Under the pieces are notes generated by a model. It was not told the DNA's origin, did not search any database, and saw nothing but the letters and a program-made list of their open reading frames with translations. Below are positions 46,319-56,736 of a stretch of 64,000 nt of DNA, piece after piece. The position numbers were made by a program, and so were the translations under genes. Source of the DNA: Candidatus Parvarchaeota archaeon (GTDB lineage Archaea > Nanobdellota > Nanobdellia > WJKC01). The stretch lies in the NCBI GenBank assembly GCA_030615175.1, contig JAUWZX010000001.1, forward strand, positions 199,840 to 263,839. The letters are read 5' to 3'. The stretch's first letter is position 1, and the number at the start of each line of letters is the position of its first letter.

Positions 46319-46891
46319 ATGCCAAGAAAAAAGAAAGTTGAAGAGAAGCCTAAAAAAGTCAGGCAGAGAATTATTAATGCAGTTCTTGCTGGTGATAAAG
46401 CAATTATTAAGGAAGACTTTGAAGGAGCGCAGTCAATACATGATAAGGGTTACTTTGGAGAATTCATTGATGAGACGCTGGAATTATCACTTTACGAGAG
46501 CTTATTCCTGCTTGAAAAGGGCCGCGTAAAAGTTTTTGATGGCAGGAAAAAGGAAGTTACTTATAATGCTTTCATGAGGCGCGCCAAGAAGCATGACTAC
46601 AGGTTCTACACTCGATACTCAATATACAGGGATATACGGAAGAGAGGTTACATTACTAAGGCAGCGTTAAAGTATGGAGCTGATTTCTCAATTTACCCCA
46701 GAGGCAAGAATCCTAAGAATTCTCATTCAAGGTGGTTGTTATTTGCCGTCTCTGCTGACGAATTATTTGACTGGCGTAAGTTTGCTGCAATGAACAGGGT
46801 TGCTCACTCAGTGCGTAAGAAATTATTAATAGGAATTCTTGATGCCATGAGTGACGTTACTTACTATGAAATAAAATGGAAAAGGCCTTGA
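46319..46891 (+). CDS. endA: tRNA-splicing endonuclease EndA (short, alpha-type subunit)
   Basis: YRDIRKRGYITKAALKYGADFSIYPRGKNPKNSHSRWLLFAV matches the EndA catalytic motif (Y.DL..RG..V..G.K.GADF.vY.....HS...v). Confidence 0.8.
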   Translation: MPRKKKVEEKPKKVRQRIINAVLAGDKAIIKEDFEGAQSIHDKGYFGEFIDETLELSLYESLFLLEKGRVKVFDGRKKEVTYNAFMRRAKKHDYRFYTRYSIYRDIRKRGYITKAALKYGADFSIYPRGKNPKNSHSRWLLFAVSADELFDWRKFAAMNRVAHSVRKKLLIGILDAMSDVTYYEIKWKRP

Positions 46892-46895
46892 ATAT

Positions 46896-47606
46896 TTACA
46901 TCCATAATTTAATTAATTCATTAGTAAGTAATCCGAGTTCTCCAAGAGAGTATAATGGCGGTTCGCCGTAATTACTGAAACTAAGGCGTGCATTGCTCTT
47001 ATAATGCTTAATTAATAAGTGCTTCTTAATGAATTCCAAGTCATCACTTAAAGCAGCAACTCTGATATTATCATTAATTTTTAGGAATACAGGATTCTTC
47101 TTAAACTTCTTTAAAGGCTTTATTAATCCAAGTGATTCATTAACGCGCACAGCATCATCAATTAAGTTATGAGGACTTACTTGCCCGTAATCCTTAACGT
47201 GCTCCTTTAATTTTAAGAGAAATAAGCCGTCCCTGATACTGTCCTTATCATGGAAGAGAGGAGTCTTAATTAATAATTCACTGATTAACTCATGATTTCC
47301 TAACTTACTAATGCTTACATTTTTATTCTTAAATTTTAAATTACGCGCTTCATTAATTAAGTCCTTGCTAGCAGCCATGATTTCAAAATCATTTACTGTT
47401 TCACCATTAATTTTAAAATTATTCTTAAGCACTTCCCTGTAATCATTAAGCATGATAGTCGTTCTTGGAAGGATTAATTTATAATTATAATTACTAATCT
47501 CAACTTCAGGGTTAAGTATTATACAGTAATTAATTGCGGTGCCAGTAATCCTTGGCAAGCCGTCACTGACTGAAAGTAATCGTGTTTTATGAGTCACTAA
47601 ATTCAT
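46896..47606 (-). CDS. Hypothetical protein (236 aa), convergent with endA
   Basis: No motif recognised. Confidence 0.4.
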   Translation of the reverse strand: MNLVTHKTRLLSVSDGLPRITGTAINYCIILNPEVEISNYNYKLILPRTTIMLNDYREVLKNNFKINGETVNDFEIMAASKDLINEARNLKFKNKNVSISKLGNHELISELLIKTPLFHDKDSIRDGLFLLKLKEHVKDYGQVSPHNLIDDAVRVNESLGLIKPLKKFKKNPVFLKINDNIRVAALSDDLEFIKKHLLIKHYKSNARLSFSNYGEPPLYSLGELGLLTNELIKLWM

Positions 47607-47688
47607 TAATTAATTAATAGTATTGGACTTCTTATTAAAATGTTGGTATAAAACTTTTTATTAAAGTAATGATTCCATAAGATAATTA

Positions 47689-48375
47689 ATGGAATGGGGT
47701 AAGTCAGTAATTATTATGACAGCAATTATTTCAATAATTATAATTCTTTTAATCGTGATAGTGATTCCAGCTCAGCCACCAGTGGTTAATGAAGATGATA
47801 TGGGGCCTATTACTTCAGGAATGCCCGTCATTGAGGAGGAGATTCCAGCGCTTTACTGGGAGGCATTTAGTTTTAAAGCAGGTGAGTCATACTCCTTTAG
47901 GAGCACGTTTCCTGACCAGATTGGCGAGTACTCATTTGATGTTCAAAGCGTTTCAGGTGATGAAGTAACTATTCACTTTCACGGCGCCTTAAATGATTCA
48001 TTTGATAAAGTTATCACGTCAACCAAGGATAATTTATTATCTGACATGGTTGCTGATGATGAATTAAATTTTCTTGGCAGCATTGTTTTTTTCCATCTTA
48101 GTGACGAGTACCGCAGGGCTTTCTCTAAATTAGATTTAAGTGTTGGAACTAATTATGTTAGTAATGATTTCTTAACAGTTAACTTAACAGTTACTGGTTC
48201 CAGGACCATTAAAGAAATTAATTGTTACTTGGTTGATGTGTGCAGGATGAAGTATAAGTATTTTGAGGTGTGCATAAGCCCTGACCTTGCAATGCCAGTA
48301 AGAGTGAGGCATTACCAGTCAGTTACTAATGAACTTGATTACGTGATTTCATTAATGAATTATACTATTTCATAA
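47689..48375 (+). CDS. Hypothetical N-terminally anchored extracytoplasmic protein
   Basis: Single N-terminal TM (IIMTAIISIIIILLIVIVIP), then a soluble domain. Confidence 0.45.
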   Translation: MEWGKSVIIMTAIISIIIILLIVIVIPAQPPVVNEDDMGPITSGMPVIEEEIPALYWEAFSFKAGESYSFRSTFPDQIGEYSFDVQSVSGDEVTIHFHGALNDSFDKVITSTKDNLLSDMVADDELNFLGSIVFFHLSDEYRRAFSKLDLSVGTNYVSNDFLTVNLTVTGSRTIKEINCYLVDVCRMKYKYFEVCISPDLAMPVRVRHYQSVTNELDYVISLMNYTIS

Positions 48376-48409
48376 ATTTTTATATACTCTGAATGTCTTT
48401 TCTTGAAGC

Positions 48410-49564
48410 ATGCCTAAACGCGTGGACGCTCCTTGGCGTAAGTTCGAGAAGTTTCATGACAAACACAGGTACTTAATTCCATTAATATTCATTAGTGTTG
48501 TATTAATGACTTTCGGGATTAATTATTTAGGACCTGTCACAATCATTAATCACGCTAACCTGACAGGCCCCATCACTTTCAGGAGTGACTCTAACGTTCT
48601 TGCATTAACATTGCTTCCTGGATGGTCCTTCAGGGCTGACATAATAACTACTAAACCAGTAACAATGGAATTAATTGACTTATCAGGCAACTTGATTAAT
48701 TCAACAACTAACAGCATCCTGTTCTCCGGTATTAATTATTTGGATTATTATTTCTTAAGGCTTAAAGGCAGTAATTTCGCCCTGCTCGAATTAAATTATT
48801 ATTATTCAGGTAAGGCGCCTTACGCGCTTGAGTACTCATTATTTGGCGGCGGCTTATTATTGTTATTATTAACGTTGATTTACTTTTTCATAAGCCCGTT
48901 AAAAATAAAGTTTAAAAGAATTTTTAAGTCAAGGATTGACGGATTCTTCTATCCTATGATTGTTTTCTTAAGCATAATTGTTTTCTGGGTTTTCATGAAT
49001 GCATTCATGTGGATTATTCCAAAAGATATTATTTCAATAATTACCCATGTTATAATTGCTTTAATCATTGTCTTAATATTATCATTCATTTCAACAAAGC
49101 GTCAGGCGTCAAAGGTTAATGCATTCATTATTAATTATGCCTTAACTTACTTCTTATTATACATTGTGTTATTACTTGCTTATGGTGGTTTAGTAATTGG
49201 CTTCTGGATTTTCCTTCTAAAAATTAGCATTCTTAGCTGTTTAATTCTTTTATACCGTAAGTCTAAGAGCCGTGTTGCTGTTAATTATTTCATTCTTGTA
49301 TGGATTATAAGCACTGTGCTTAATATTGCAGTGTATGTTGTCGGAGTCCCTGTTAATTTTGACAATGCCTTAGCCGTTCCTAGTATGCAGGGCACTTGGT
49401 TATTATTCATGCTGGTTGAAGGATTCATGATTGCGGCACTTTACTTCATGATTAGGGGTTACTACTCAAGTAATCTTGCAGTGTCATTAGAGAACGGCTT
49501 GTATGCAGGCGTGTTATTTCAAGGGTTAATGCAGGCAGTAATGGTTACTAATGTAATGATTTAA
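48410..49564 (+). CDS. Hypothetical polytopic membrane protein with N-terminal extracytoplasmic domain
   Basis: One TM, ~110-aa loop, then ~8 TM. Confidence 0.45.
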   Translation: MPKRVDAPWRKFEKFHDKHRYLIPLIFISVVLMTFGINYLGPVTIINHANLTGPITFRSDSNVLALTLLPGWSFRADIITTKPVTMELIDLSGNLINSTTNSILFSGINYLDYYFLRLKGSNFALLELNYYYSGKAPYALEYSLFGGGLLLLLLTLIYFFISPLKIKFKRIFKSRIDGFFYPMIVFLSIIVFWVFMNAFMWIIPKDIISIITHVIIALIIVLILSFISTKRQASKVNAFIINYALTYFLLYIVLLLAYGGLVIGFWIFLLKISILSCLILLYRKSKSRVAVNYFILVWIISTVLNIAVYVVGVPVNFDNALAVPSMQGTWLLFMLVEGFMIAALYFMIRGYYSSNLAVSLENGLYAGVLFQGLMQAVMVTNVMI

Positions 49565-49566
49565 CT

Positions 49567-50109
49567 TTACTGTTTAATCTTTTTTAAGTTTTTAATTAAT
49601 TCTTTTACTCCTTTGTTTATGTTTTCTATATTATTGCCTCCAGTACATACTATTTTTCCAGTATTGAATAAAAGAAAACTTAATTTTGAATTAATTGGTT
49701 TATAAACAAGTCCTGGGAATTGTTCAGGATTGTATTCGGCTTTGTTAAGACCATAAATTATTTTATTAAGATTTAATGGGAAGCCGACATCGCCTGAAAC
49801 AACAATGTTTTGTACTTTCCAAACAGGACTTTTACTAAATGTTACTCCAAAACTCTTTAGTTTGTTCTTAAGAATTCTAATAACTTTTTTAATCATCTTC
49901 TTATTCTTTAATCCTGAAATAACTATTCTTCCAGAATCAAAGATTAGTATTGACACTTTTGGTTCTTTTAACCTGATGCATGCTCCCGGGAACTTGTTAG
50001 GGTCGTATTGGACATCCTTAAGATTGTTAACAACTTTTTTAACAGAGCAATTATTTGTAAATAAATTACATGATACAACCATGTTTTGCACTTTAATACG
50101 CCCCTCCAT
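49567..50109 (-). CDS. tbp: TATA-box binding protein
   Basis: Two direct repeats (QNMVVSCNL...RLKEPKVSILIFDSGRIVISG / QNIVVSGDV...YKPINSKLSFLLFNTGKIVCTG) typical of TBP. Confidence 0.9.
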   Translation of the reverse strand: MEGRIKVQNMVVSCNLFTNNCSVKKVVNNLKDVQYDPNKFPGACIRLKEPKVSILIFDSGRIVISGLKNKKMIKKVIRILKNKLKSFGVTFSKSPVWKVQNIVVSGDVGFPLNLNKIIYGLNKAEYNPEQFPGLVYKPINSKLSFLLFNTGKIVCTGGNNIENINKGVKELIKNLKKIKQ

Positions 50110-50216
50110 GCATGATTTAATAGGTCTTAACTTACCTTAACTGTTGCGGTTTTTCTAAATCTTTAATTATTTTTTACATAATATTTTAATTATCTGAAAT
50201 CCTTTCATATTACTTA

Positions 50217-51995
50217 ATGAGGAGGTTGTTATTATTCCTACTTCTTGCATTGTCAGTTGCTCCTGCTCTTGGCTCTACTTGCAGTACTGCAATTGCTGGT
50301 GTTAAGAAGGATGGATTAATTTATGAAGGAATCCTTGCTAACTTAACTGTTGAAGTGGTTTCTGGCAAGGGCAGGGTTTTCGTTGATACAATGCCTTTAA
50401 CGCAGGTTGACACGCAGGCAAGCGCTCGGCTTGCAAAAGAAGCTGTATGCGAGTTATTAAGTATTGACTGCAGGGATAAGGATTTTTTTTATATTATTAG
50501 AAGCGAGCACCCGTTAGTTGGCGGGCCTTCTGCTGGCGCTGCAATGGCTTCATGTACTTTAAGCCTCTTAACTGGAGCATCTTTGTATAATGATACAATA
50601 ATTACTGGCACGATTAATCCTGATGGGAGCGTTGGACCTGTTGGAGGAGTTTTTGAGAAGTTAGTGGCTTTGAAGGACAAGGGTTATAAATTCTTCCTTG
50701 CGCCTGACGGTTTAGGAATTGAGTCAGTAATGATTGATAATGCCTTGGTTGAAATTAATATTACTGAATATGCTTTAACGAGTCTCGGCATTCAATTCAT
50801 TTTCATAGATGACATAATTGAGGCATTTAAGTACATGAGTGGTTACACTGTTGAATTATTAAATGTGAGTTCAGCTGACGTTGCAAGCCAGGAGTATGCT
50901 AAGGTAATGGAGTCCATGAGTTCTTCATTAATTAATGAAAGTGTTAATCGCTACGAGCAAGTTAAGAATCTTGATTACCATGAGTCCTTAAGCCAGGCAG
51001 CGTCATTAATTAATGAATCGCGGAATTATCATGACCAGGGAATTTATTATTCAGCAGCAAGTTATGCCGTGCGTTCATTAATATTCTCCACTTATATTAA
51101 TTACTTGAAGGATTATAGTGAGGGCGATGCTTCTTATGTTTCCGCAGTGATTAGTAACTTGAATAATTCATTTAATGAGTTCAGTAATTCCTTTTTAAGC
51201 AATTTAGTTATAGACCATGTTTATGACCTTGAGAGTTTAGCAGTTACTATTGACAGGCTTAGGGAGGCAGAGTCCTTAATCAGTCAGGCTCAGGAAGTTT
51301 ATGAGTTAGGTTTTCACCCTAACGCTTTATATCTTGCATCTTTTGCTGACGTCCGCTTATTAACTACTAATCAATGGTCTGACTTGATTAATTACTTCAG
51401 GAATAATGACAGCATTCAATTTAATATTAATGTTATCGTGCCTTTAGTTATTGAGCGTTTAGAGCAGGCGCGTAATAGTGTTACTTATGCAAACACAATG
51501 TTAAGTGATATATTAAATGCTGGGGAGCACTTGAGTAATGCTATTGACGCGTTTAATGAAGGTAAGGTAATTTATTCATTATTTGAGGCTCTTAAGGCAA
51601 GGGCTGAGGCTAATCTTGCAATGGAGATTAGGGGTTTGGAGAATATTTCTATGAAAATTGATTCGAAAATTAATGGTGCTGTAAGGGCTATTAATAGGGC
51701 TGAGGAGCGGGGGCTGCTTCCTTTTCTTTCAATATCCTTTCTCGAGTATTCAAGCACTTTTACTGATGAGCCGTTGCAGGAGTTAATCTTCTTGTCTTAC
51801 AGCAAGGAGTTTGCTAGTATTAGTTCATCACTTAATGATTATGTTCAATACAGTGAATTGCCTGCTGGAGAGGGCTTTGTTGTTTCGCCTTTTAAGCGCC
51901 CTGAAGCCAGGGAAAACCCATTGTACCAGATAATCTTAGTTATTATTGGCTTTGTCTTCGGTTTAATAGTAACTTTAATAAGATTTGAGTCCTAA
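50217..51995 (+). CDS. Secreted, C-terminally membrane-anchored S16 (Lon-like) peptidase-domain protein
   Basis: Signal peptide, then a Lon proteolytic-domain signature (HPLVGGPSAGAAMASCTLSLLTG with Ser, downstream ...FEKLVALKDKGY Lys). C-terminal TM IILVIIGFVFGLIVTLI. Confidence 0.65.
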   Translation: MRRLLLFLLLALSVAPALGSTCSTAIAGVKKDGLIYEGILANLTVEVVSGKGRVFVDTMPLTQVDTQASARLAKEAVCELLSIDCRDKDFFYIIRSEHPLVGGPSAGAAMASCTLSLLTGASLYNDTIITGTINPDGSVGPVGGVFEKLVALKDKGYKFFLAPDGLGIESVMIDNALVEINITEYALTSLGIQFIFIDDIIEAFKYMSGYTVELLNVSSADVASQEYAKVMESMSSSLINESVNRYEQVKNLDYHESLSQAASLINESRNYHDQGIYYSAASYAVRSLIFSTYINYLKDYSEGDASYVSAVISNLNNSFNEFSNSFLSNLVIDHVYDLESLAVTIDRLREAESLISQAQEVYELGFHPNALYLASFADVRLLTTNQWSDLINYFRNNDSIQFNINVIVPLVIERLEQARNSVTYANTMLSDILNAGEHLSNAIDAFNEGKVIYSLFEALKARAEANLAMEIRGLENISMKIDSKINGAVRAINRAEERGLLPFLSISFLEYSSTFTDEPLQELIFLSYSKEFASISSSLNDYVQYSELPAGEGFVVSPFKRPEARENPLYQIILVIIGFVFGLIVTLIRFES

Positions 51996-53496
51996 ATATA
52001 AGATTATGAAGAAGTCTTATGATAAATTAGCATCTCTTTTTAAGAGGAAGGGCTATATTTGGGGTCCAAGCCCTGAGATTTATGAGGGAGGCGTTGCCGG
52101 TTTCTATGATTTAGGTCCTTTAGGTACTATGTTGTGGCGTAAAGTTGCTGACACCGTTAGAATGAATTATTTTGAGCATAGTTTTTATGAAATCACTGCA
52201 CCGCTCATAATGCCTAAAAAAGTGTGGGAGGCTTCAGGTCATTTAGGGGGTTTCACTGACCCATTAATTAAGTGCATTAAGTGCGGTTCAGTATACAGGA
52301 CTGATAAATTGATAACTGGATTATTCCCTAAAGAAGAGGTTGACGGCTTAACTTATAAGGAATATGATGAGAAGATTGAGAAGTTAGGCATTAAGTGCTT
52401 GAAGTGCAAGATGCAGTTAAGCAGGACTGTTCCTCAGGACATGATGCTAAAAACTACTATCGGGCTTGACAAGGAAGCTTATCTTAGGCCTGAGACTGCT
52501 ACTACTACATATCTTCCATTCAAACGTTATTATGAGTTTTTCCGAAGAAAACTTCCTTTCGGCGTTTTCCAGTTAGGCAAGGCTTTCCGCAATGAAATCA
52601 GCCCCAGGCATGGTTTAATCAGGACACGCGAGTTTAATCAGGCTGAAGCGCAGTTATTCATATTTAAGGGTGATAAGAATAAGTGGGAGGCGTGGAGTGA
52701 ATTCAAGGATGCTGAATTAAACCTTTATTCCTGTAAACTTCAGGGCAGGGGCTTGCGGAAGCCGAAACAAGTGCTTTTAAAGGATGCTGTTAAGAATAAG
52801 TTATTGCAGAGCAAGGCTTACGCTGCATGCCTGGGGATTTGCTATAAAATAGTTCTTGATTTAGGCTTTAATCCTAAGCGCCTGCGCTTCAGGCAGCATT
52901 TCCCTAATGAGAGAGCTTTCTACGCTCTTGATGCCTGGGATATTGAGTGGCATAGTGATTTCTTTGGCTGGGTTGAATTGGCAGGGGTTCATGACAGGTG
53001 TGATTATGATTTAAAGCAGCATGCCAAGTTCTCTGGTCAGGACTTAAGAGTTCTTAATAATGGTAGGAAGGAAGTGCCTCACATTCTTGAAATCGCGTTC
53101 GGCATTGAACGCCTCGTTTACTGCTTGCTTGAGCAATGTTATGATGAGGAGAAAGAGCGGACTGTATTGAGGCTTCCTCCTCACATGGCGCCGATTACTA
53201 TTATGGTCTTTCCATTACTCAATAAGGATAAAATTCCAGAAAAAGCGAAAGAAGTTGAGGATTTCTTACTTGAAGAGGATTTTTACGCTGAGTATGACGG
53301 TACTGGAAGCATTGGCCGGCGTTACCGGAGGGCTGATGAGGCTGGCACTCCTTTCTGCATTACAATTGACCACCAGACACTAGAGGATGATTCAGTTACT
53401 GTTCGCGACCGCGATTCAATGAAGCAGTTAAGAGTGAAAATCAGTGAATTGCCTGAATTCATTGAAATGGCTGTGTCAGGAGAAATTGATTTCTAA
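51985..53496 (+). CDS. glyS: Glycyl-tRNA synthetase (archaeal/eukaryal alpha2 type)
   Basis: KRKGYIWGPSPEIYEGGVAGFYDLGPLG, FRNEISPRHGLIRTREFNQAE (motif 2), C-terminal anticodon-binding region. Confidence 0.85.
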   Translation: MSPKYKIMKKSYDKLASLFKRKGYIWGPSPEIYEGGVAGFYDLGPLGTMLWRKVADTVRMNYFEHSFYEITAPLIMPKKVWEASGHLGGFTDPLIKCIKCGSVYRTDKLITGLFPKEEVDGLTYKEYDEKIEKLGIKCLKCKMQLSRTVPQDMMLKTTIGLDKEAYLRPETATTTYLPFKRYYEFFRRKLPFGVFQLGKAFRNEISPRHGLIRTREFNQAEAQLFIFKGDKNKWEAWSEFKDAELNLYSCKLQGRGLRKPKQVLLKDAVKNKLLQSKAYAACLGICYKIVLDLGFNPKRLRFRQHFPNERAFYALDAWDIEWHSDFFGWVELAGVHDRCDYDLKQHAKFSGQDLRVLNNGRKEVPHILEIAFGIERLVYCLLEQCYDEEKERTVLRLPPHMAPITIMVFPLLNKDKIPEKAKEVEDFLLEEDFYAEYDGTGSIGRRYRRADEAGTPFCITIDHQTLEDDSVTVRDRDSMKQLRVKISELPEFIEMAVSGEIDF

Positions 53497-55028
53497 TGAA
53501 ACCGGAAGGTATTGCTGAGCGCTTGCATGAATTAGAGAGAAAAGTGCTTCTTGCTTTAAAGAAAAAAGATAAGCAATTAAGCACTGAATTAGAGGAAAGC
53601 ACAGGGCTTGGCGAGGCAAGCATTAACAGGGCATTGTTATGGCTTAGCTCAAAAAAATTAATTAAATTAAAGGAAGAAGTTAAGGAGGTAGTAATCCTTG
53701 ACAAGAATGGTGAGGAATATGCTGAAAAAGGATTTCCTGAGAAAAGATTTCTGAAGATAGCATTAAAAAATGACTCGATTCAAGGAATAAAGGCTGAACT
53801 CTCAAAAGATGAATTTAATGTCAGCATTGGATTACTTAAGAGTAATGGGTTAGTTAAGTTAAAAGAAGGTAGGATTATAGTAACGAAGAAAGGGCTTGCG
53901 TACTTGAAAACAGGAACCCTATATGAGAAAATTCTTAAGAAACTTCTTAAAGAGCCGTTAGGATTATCAAAGTTAAGCAATGAATTAAGAGAGGCAGTTA
54001 ATGAATTAAGCAAGAGGAAGGACATAATTAAGATAGAAGTTAAGACTTGCAGGCAGGCTGGTCTGGCAAAACTTGGATTAAGCGTGCTCCCGTATGTTAA
54101 GTTAGAGAAACTCATTGGTCAATTAACACCTCAATTACTGGGCACTGGGGCTTATAAAACCGCTGAATTCCGCAAGTATGACTTAGGTGCTCCGACTCCA
54201 AGAATTTTTTACGGCAAAAAGCACATTGTAACAATAATCCGCGACAGGATTAGAAAAATATTTCTTGACATGGGTTTTAAGCAAGTTCAGGGGCCATTGC
54301 TTGAATCAAGCTTCTGGAATTTTGACTCCTTATTCCAGCCGCAGGATCATCCTGCAAGAGACATGCATGACACTTTTTTCATAAAAGAACCAATGAGAGG
54401 ATTGCTTCCTAATAAGAAATTAGTTCAGAGAGTTAAATTAGTTCATGAGAGTGGATGGACGACTGGCAGCAAGGGCTGGGGTTATGATTGGAAAGAGTCA
54501 GTTGCTTCAACTAATATTTTAAGAACTCACACTACTGCTGTTAGTGCAAGGACGCTTGCTCAATGCAAGCCAAAGGACCTGCCGGTTAAAGTTTTTAGTT
54601 TAGGGCATGTTTTCCGCAATGAAACACTTGATTATAAGCACTTATTTGAATTCATCCAAGTTGAGGGTATTGTTGCTGCTCCTGGTGTTAATTTCAGGAA
54701 TCTGCTTGGAATCTTGAAGAACTTCTTTAATAAACTCGGGTTTGATGAAGTGCGCTTCAGACCTGGTTACTTCCCTTACACTGAGATGAGTGTTGAGCCA
54801 GAAGTTCTGCACCCTGTTAAGAATGAGTGGATGGAATTAGGGGGGGCAGGTATTTTAAGGCCTGAAGTAGTGAAGCCGTTACTAGGCATTGACGTCCCAG
54901 TTCTTGCATGGGGTCTTGGTCTTGAGCGTTCAATAATGGATGTCTTTAACATTAAAGATATAAGGGCTGTTTATTCAGATGATATTAATTTTTTACGGGA
55001 GAAGTCATCATATACGAAGAGGTTTTAA
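53496..55028 (+). CDS. pheS: Phenylalanyl-tRNA synthetase alpha subunit
   Basis: Class II motifs: HPARDMHDTFF, FSLGHVFRNETLDYKHLFEFIQVEG, GAGILRPEV...LAWGLGLERS. Confidence 0.9.
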   Translation: MKPEGIAERLHELERKVLLALKKKDKQLSTELEESTGLGEASINRALLWLSSKKLIKLKEEVKEVVILDKNGEEYAEKGFPEKRFLKIALKNDSIQGIKAELSKDEFNVSIGLLKSNGLVKLKEGRIIVTKKGLAYLKTGTLYEKILKKLLKEPLGLSKLSNELREAVNELSKRKDIIKIEVKTCRQAGLAKLGLSVLPYVKLEKLIGQLTPQLLGTGAYKTAEFRKYDLGAPTPRIFYGKKHIVTIIRDRIRKIFLDMGFKQVQGPLLESSFWNFDSLFQPQDHPARDMHDTFFIKEPMRGLLPNKKLVQRVKLVHESGWTTGSKGWGYDWKESVASTNILRTHTTAVSARTLAQCKPKDLPVKVFSLGHVFRNETLDYKHLFEFIQVEGIVAAPGVNFRNLLGILKNFFNKLGFDEVRFRPGYFPYTEMSVEPEVLHPVKNEWMELGGAGILRPEVVKPLLGIDVPVLAWGLGLERSIMDVFNIKDIRAVYSDDINFLREKSSYTKRF

Positions 55029-55031
55029 GTT

Positions 55032-56678
55032 ATGCCAGTAATTTCATTTAACAGTAAGGATTTCTGCAAGTTAGTTGGTAAGAATTATTCTAAGGACAAG
55101 CTTGAGGAGTTAATGCCAATGATTGGTATGGAGTGGGAGGGCAGTGAAGGTGATGAAATAAGCGTTGAAGTATTTCCTAACAGGCCTGACTTATTAAGTG
55201 TTGAGGGGCTGGCAAGAGCTTTCCGTTCCTTTACTGGCTTGAAGAAAGGATTAATTAATTATAAGGTAAGGGAGTCTAATTATGAATTAATAATTGATAA
55301 GAGTGTTAAAACTGTTCGACCAATTGTTGCAGCAGCAGTTGTTAAAGGCATTAAATTAACTAATGACAGTGTTAAGTCATTAATGCAGTTGCAGGAGAAG
55401 CTTCACTTAACTCATGCCCGTAACAGGGCTAAGGCGGCTATTGGAGTTCATGATTTAAGGGCTGTCAAATTCCCGGTTACTTACGCGGCAGTTGACCCTA
55501 AAAGCGTTAGATTCATCCCGTTAGATGGTTCTAAAATGATGACTCCTGAGCAAATCCTTGCCGAGCATCCTAAGGGCATTAAGTATGCAGGTCTTGTTAA
55601 TAAATTCACTGCTTACCCAATGATTCTTGGGGCTGATGATGAAGTCTTATCATTTCCTCCAGTAATTAATAGTGAGTTAACCAAGATTAGGCCTAAAACC
55701 AAGGATTTATTCATTGATGTTACTGGCACTGATGAATTCACTGTTAATAAGGCGCTGAATATTTTAACAACTTCACTGATTGAGAGAGGGTCAAAGGTTC
55801 ATTCAGTTACTATTCATGATGGGTTAAGTAAGAAGAAACTGCCCAACTTTAATGTAGAATTAATGAATTTAAATTCGGATTACTGTAATTCATTATTAGG
55901 AACTAATTTTTCAGTTAAGAGGGTTGCCGGGCTTATTTCAATGATGGGTTTTGGTTATAAAATAAAAGAAAATTTGTTAAGTATTAGCATTCCTTGTTAC
56001 AGGACTGACATTCTTCACCCAATTGACTTAGTTGAGGATGTTGCAATTGCTTATGGTTATATGAATTTTAAAGCAGAGCTTCCAAGCGTGAGCACTATTG
56101 GCTCTGAATTGCTGATTGAAGGATTCTTAAATCAGGTTAGGGATTTTTTAATAGGCAACGGATTCTTAGAGGTTATTAATTGGCATTTAACTAATGAGGA
56201 GGCATTATTTAATAAGATGAATGCCAAGGAGAGGGCTATTGTTAAAATATTAAATCCTAAAACAACTGATTTCACTGTTCTTAGGGATTACTTGACTCCA
56301 GTAATGCTTGGTTTTTACTCGCAGAACAGGCATAATGATTACCCGCAGAACGTGTTTGAGATTGGGGAAGTGATGAAGCTTGATTCAACTGAGAGCACTG
56401 GCGTTAGGGAGGATATTAATTTGTGTTTTTCAGTAGCGCATTCAAGCAGTAATTACTCTGAAGTTAAGGGAGTGCTTGATAATTTAATGAAGGTTCTTGG
56501 CGTCGCTTATTCAATTAAAGAGGTTGATAATTCATCTTTTATTAATGGAAGGGTTGCAGAAGTAATGGTTAATAAGGAGTCTGTTGGTTTTATCGGGGAA
56601 TTAAGTCCTGAAGTATTAATTAGTCATGAGCTTAAAATGCCAATAACTGTCTGTGAGTTAAACTTGTCTAAGCTCTAA
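55032..56678 (+). CDS. pheT: Phenylalanyl-tRNA synthetase beta subunit (archaeal)
   Basis: N-terminal MPVISFNSKDFCKLVGK...LEELMPMIGMEWEG (B1/B3-4 region); 548 aa; immediately downstream of pheS. Confidence 0.85.
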   Translation: MPVISFNSKDFCKLVGKNYSKDKLEELMPMIGMEWEGSEGDEISVEVFPNRPDLLSVEGLARAFRSFTGLKKGLINYKVRESNYELIIDKSVKTVRPIVAAAVVKGIKLTNDSVKSLMQLQEKLHLTHARNRAKAAIGVHDLRAVKFPVTYAAVDPKSVRFIPLDGSKMMTPEQILAEHPKGIKYAGLVNKFTAYPMILGADDEVLSFPPVINSELTKIRPKTKDLFIDVTGTDEFTVNKALNILTTSLIERGSKVHSVTIHDGLSKKKLPNFNVELMNLNSDYCNSLLGTNFSVKRVAGLISMMGFGYKIKENLLSISIPCYRTDILHPIDLVEDVAIAYGYMNFKAELPSVSTIGSELLIEGFLNQVRDFLIGNGFLEVINWHLTNEEALFNKMNAKERAIVKILNPKTTDFTVLRDYLTPVMLGFYSQNRHNDYPQNVFEIGEVMKLDSTESTGVREDINLCFSVAHSSSNYSEVKGVLDNLMKVLGVAYSIKEVDNSSFINGRVAEVMVNKESVGFIGELSPEVLISHELKMPITVCELNLSKL

Positions 56679-56736
56679 GAAATTCTGATTTCGTACCGGA
56701 GGAGGTCTATTAATAATTTTAATGCCATTCTAATAT

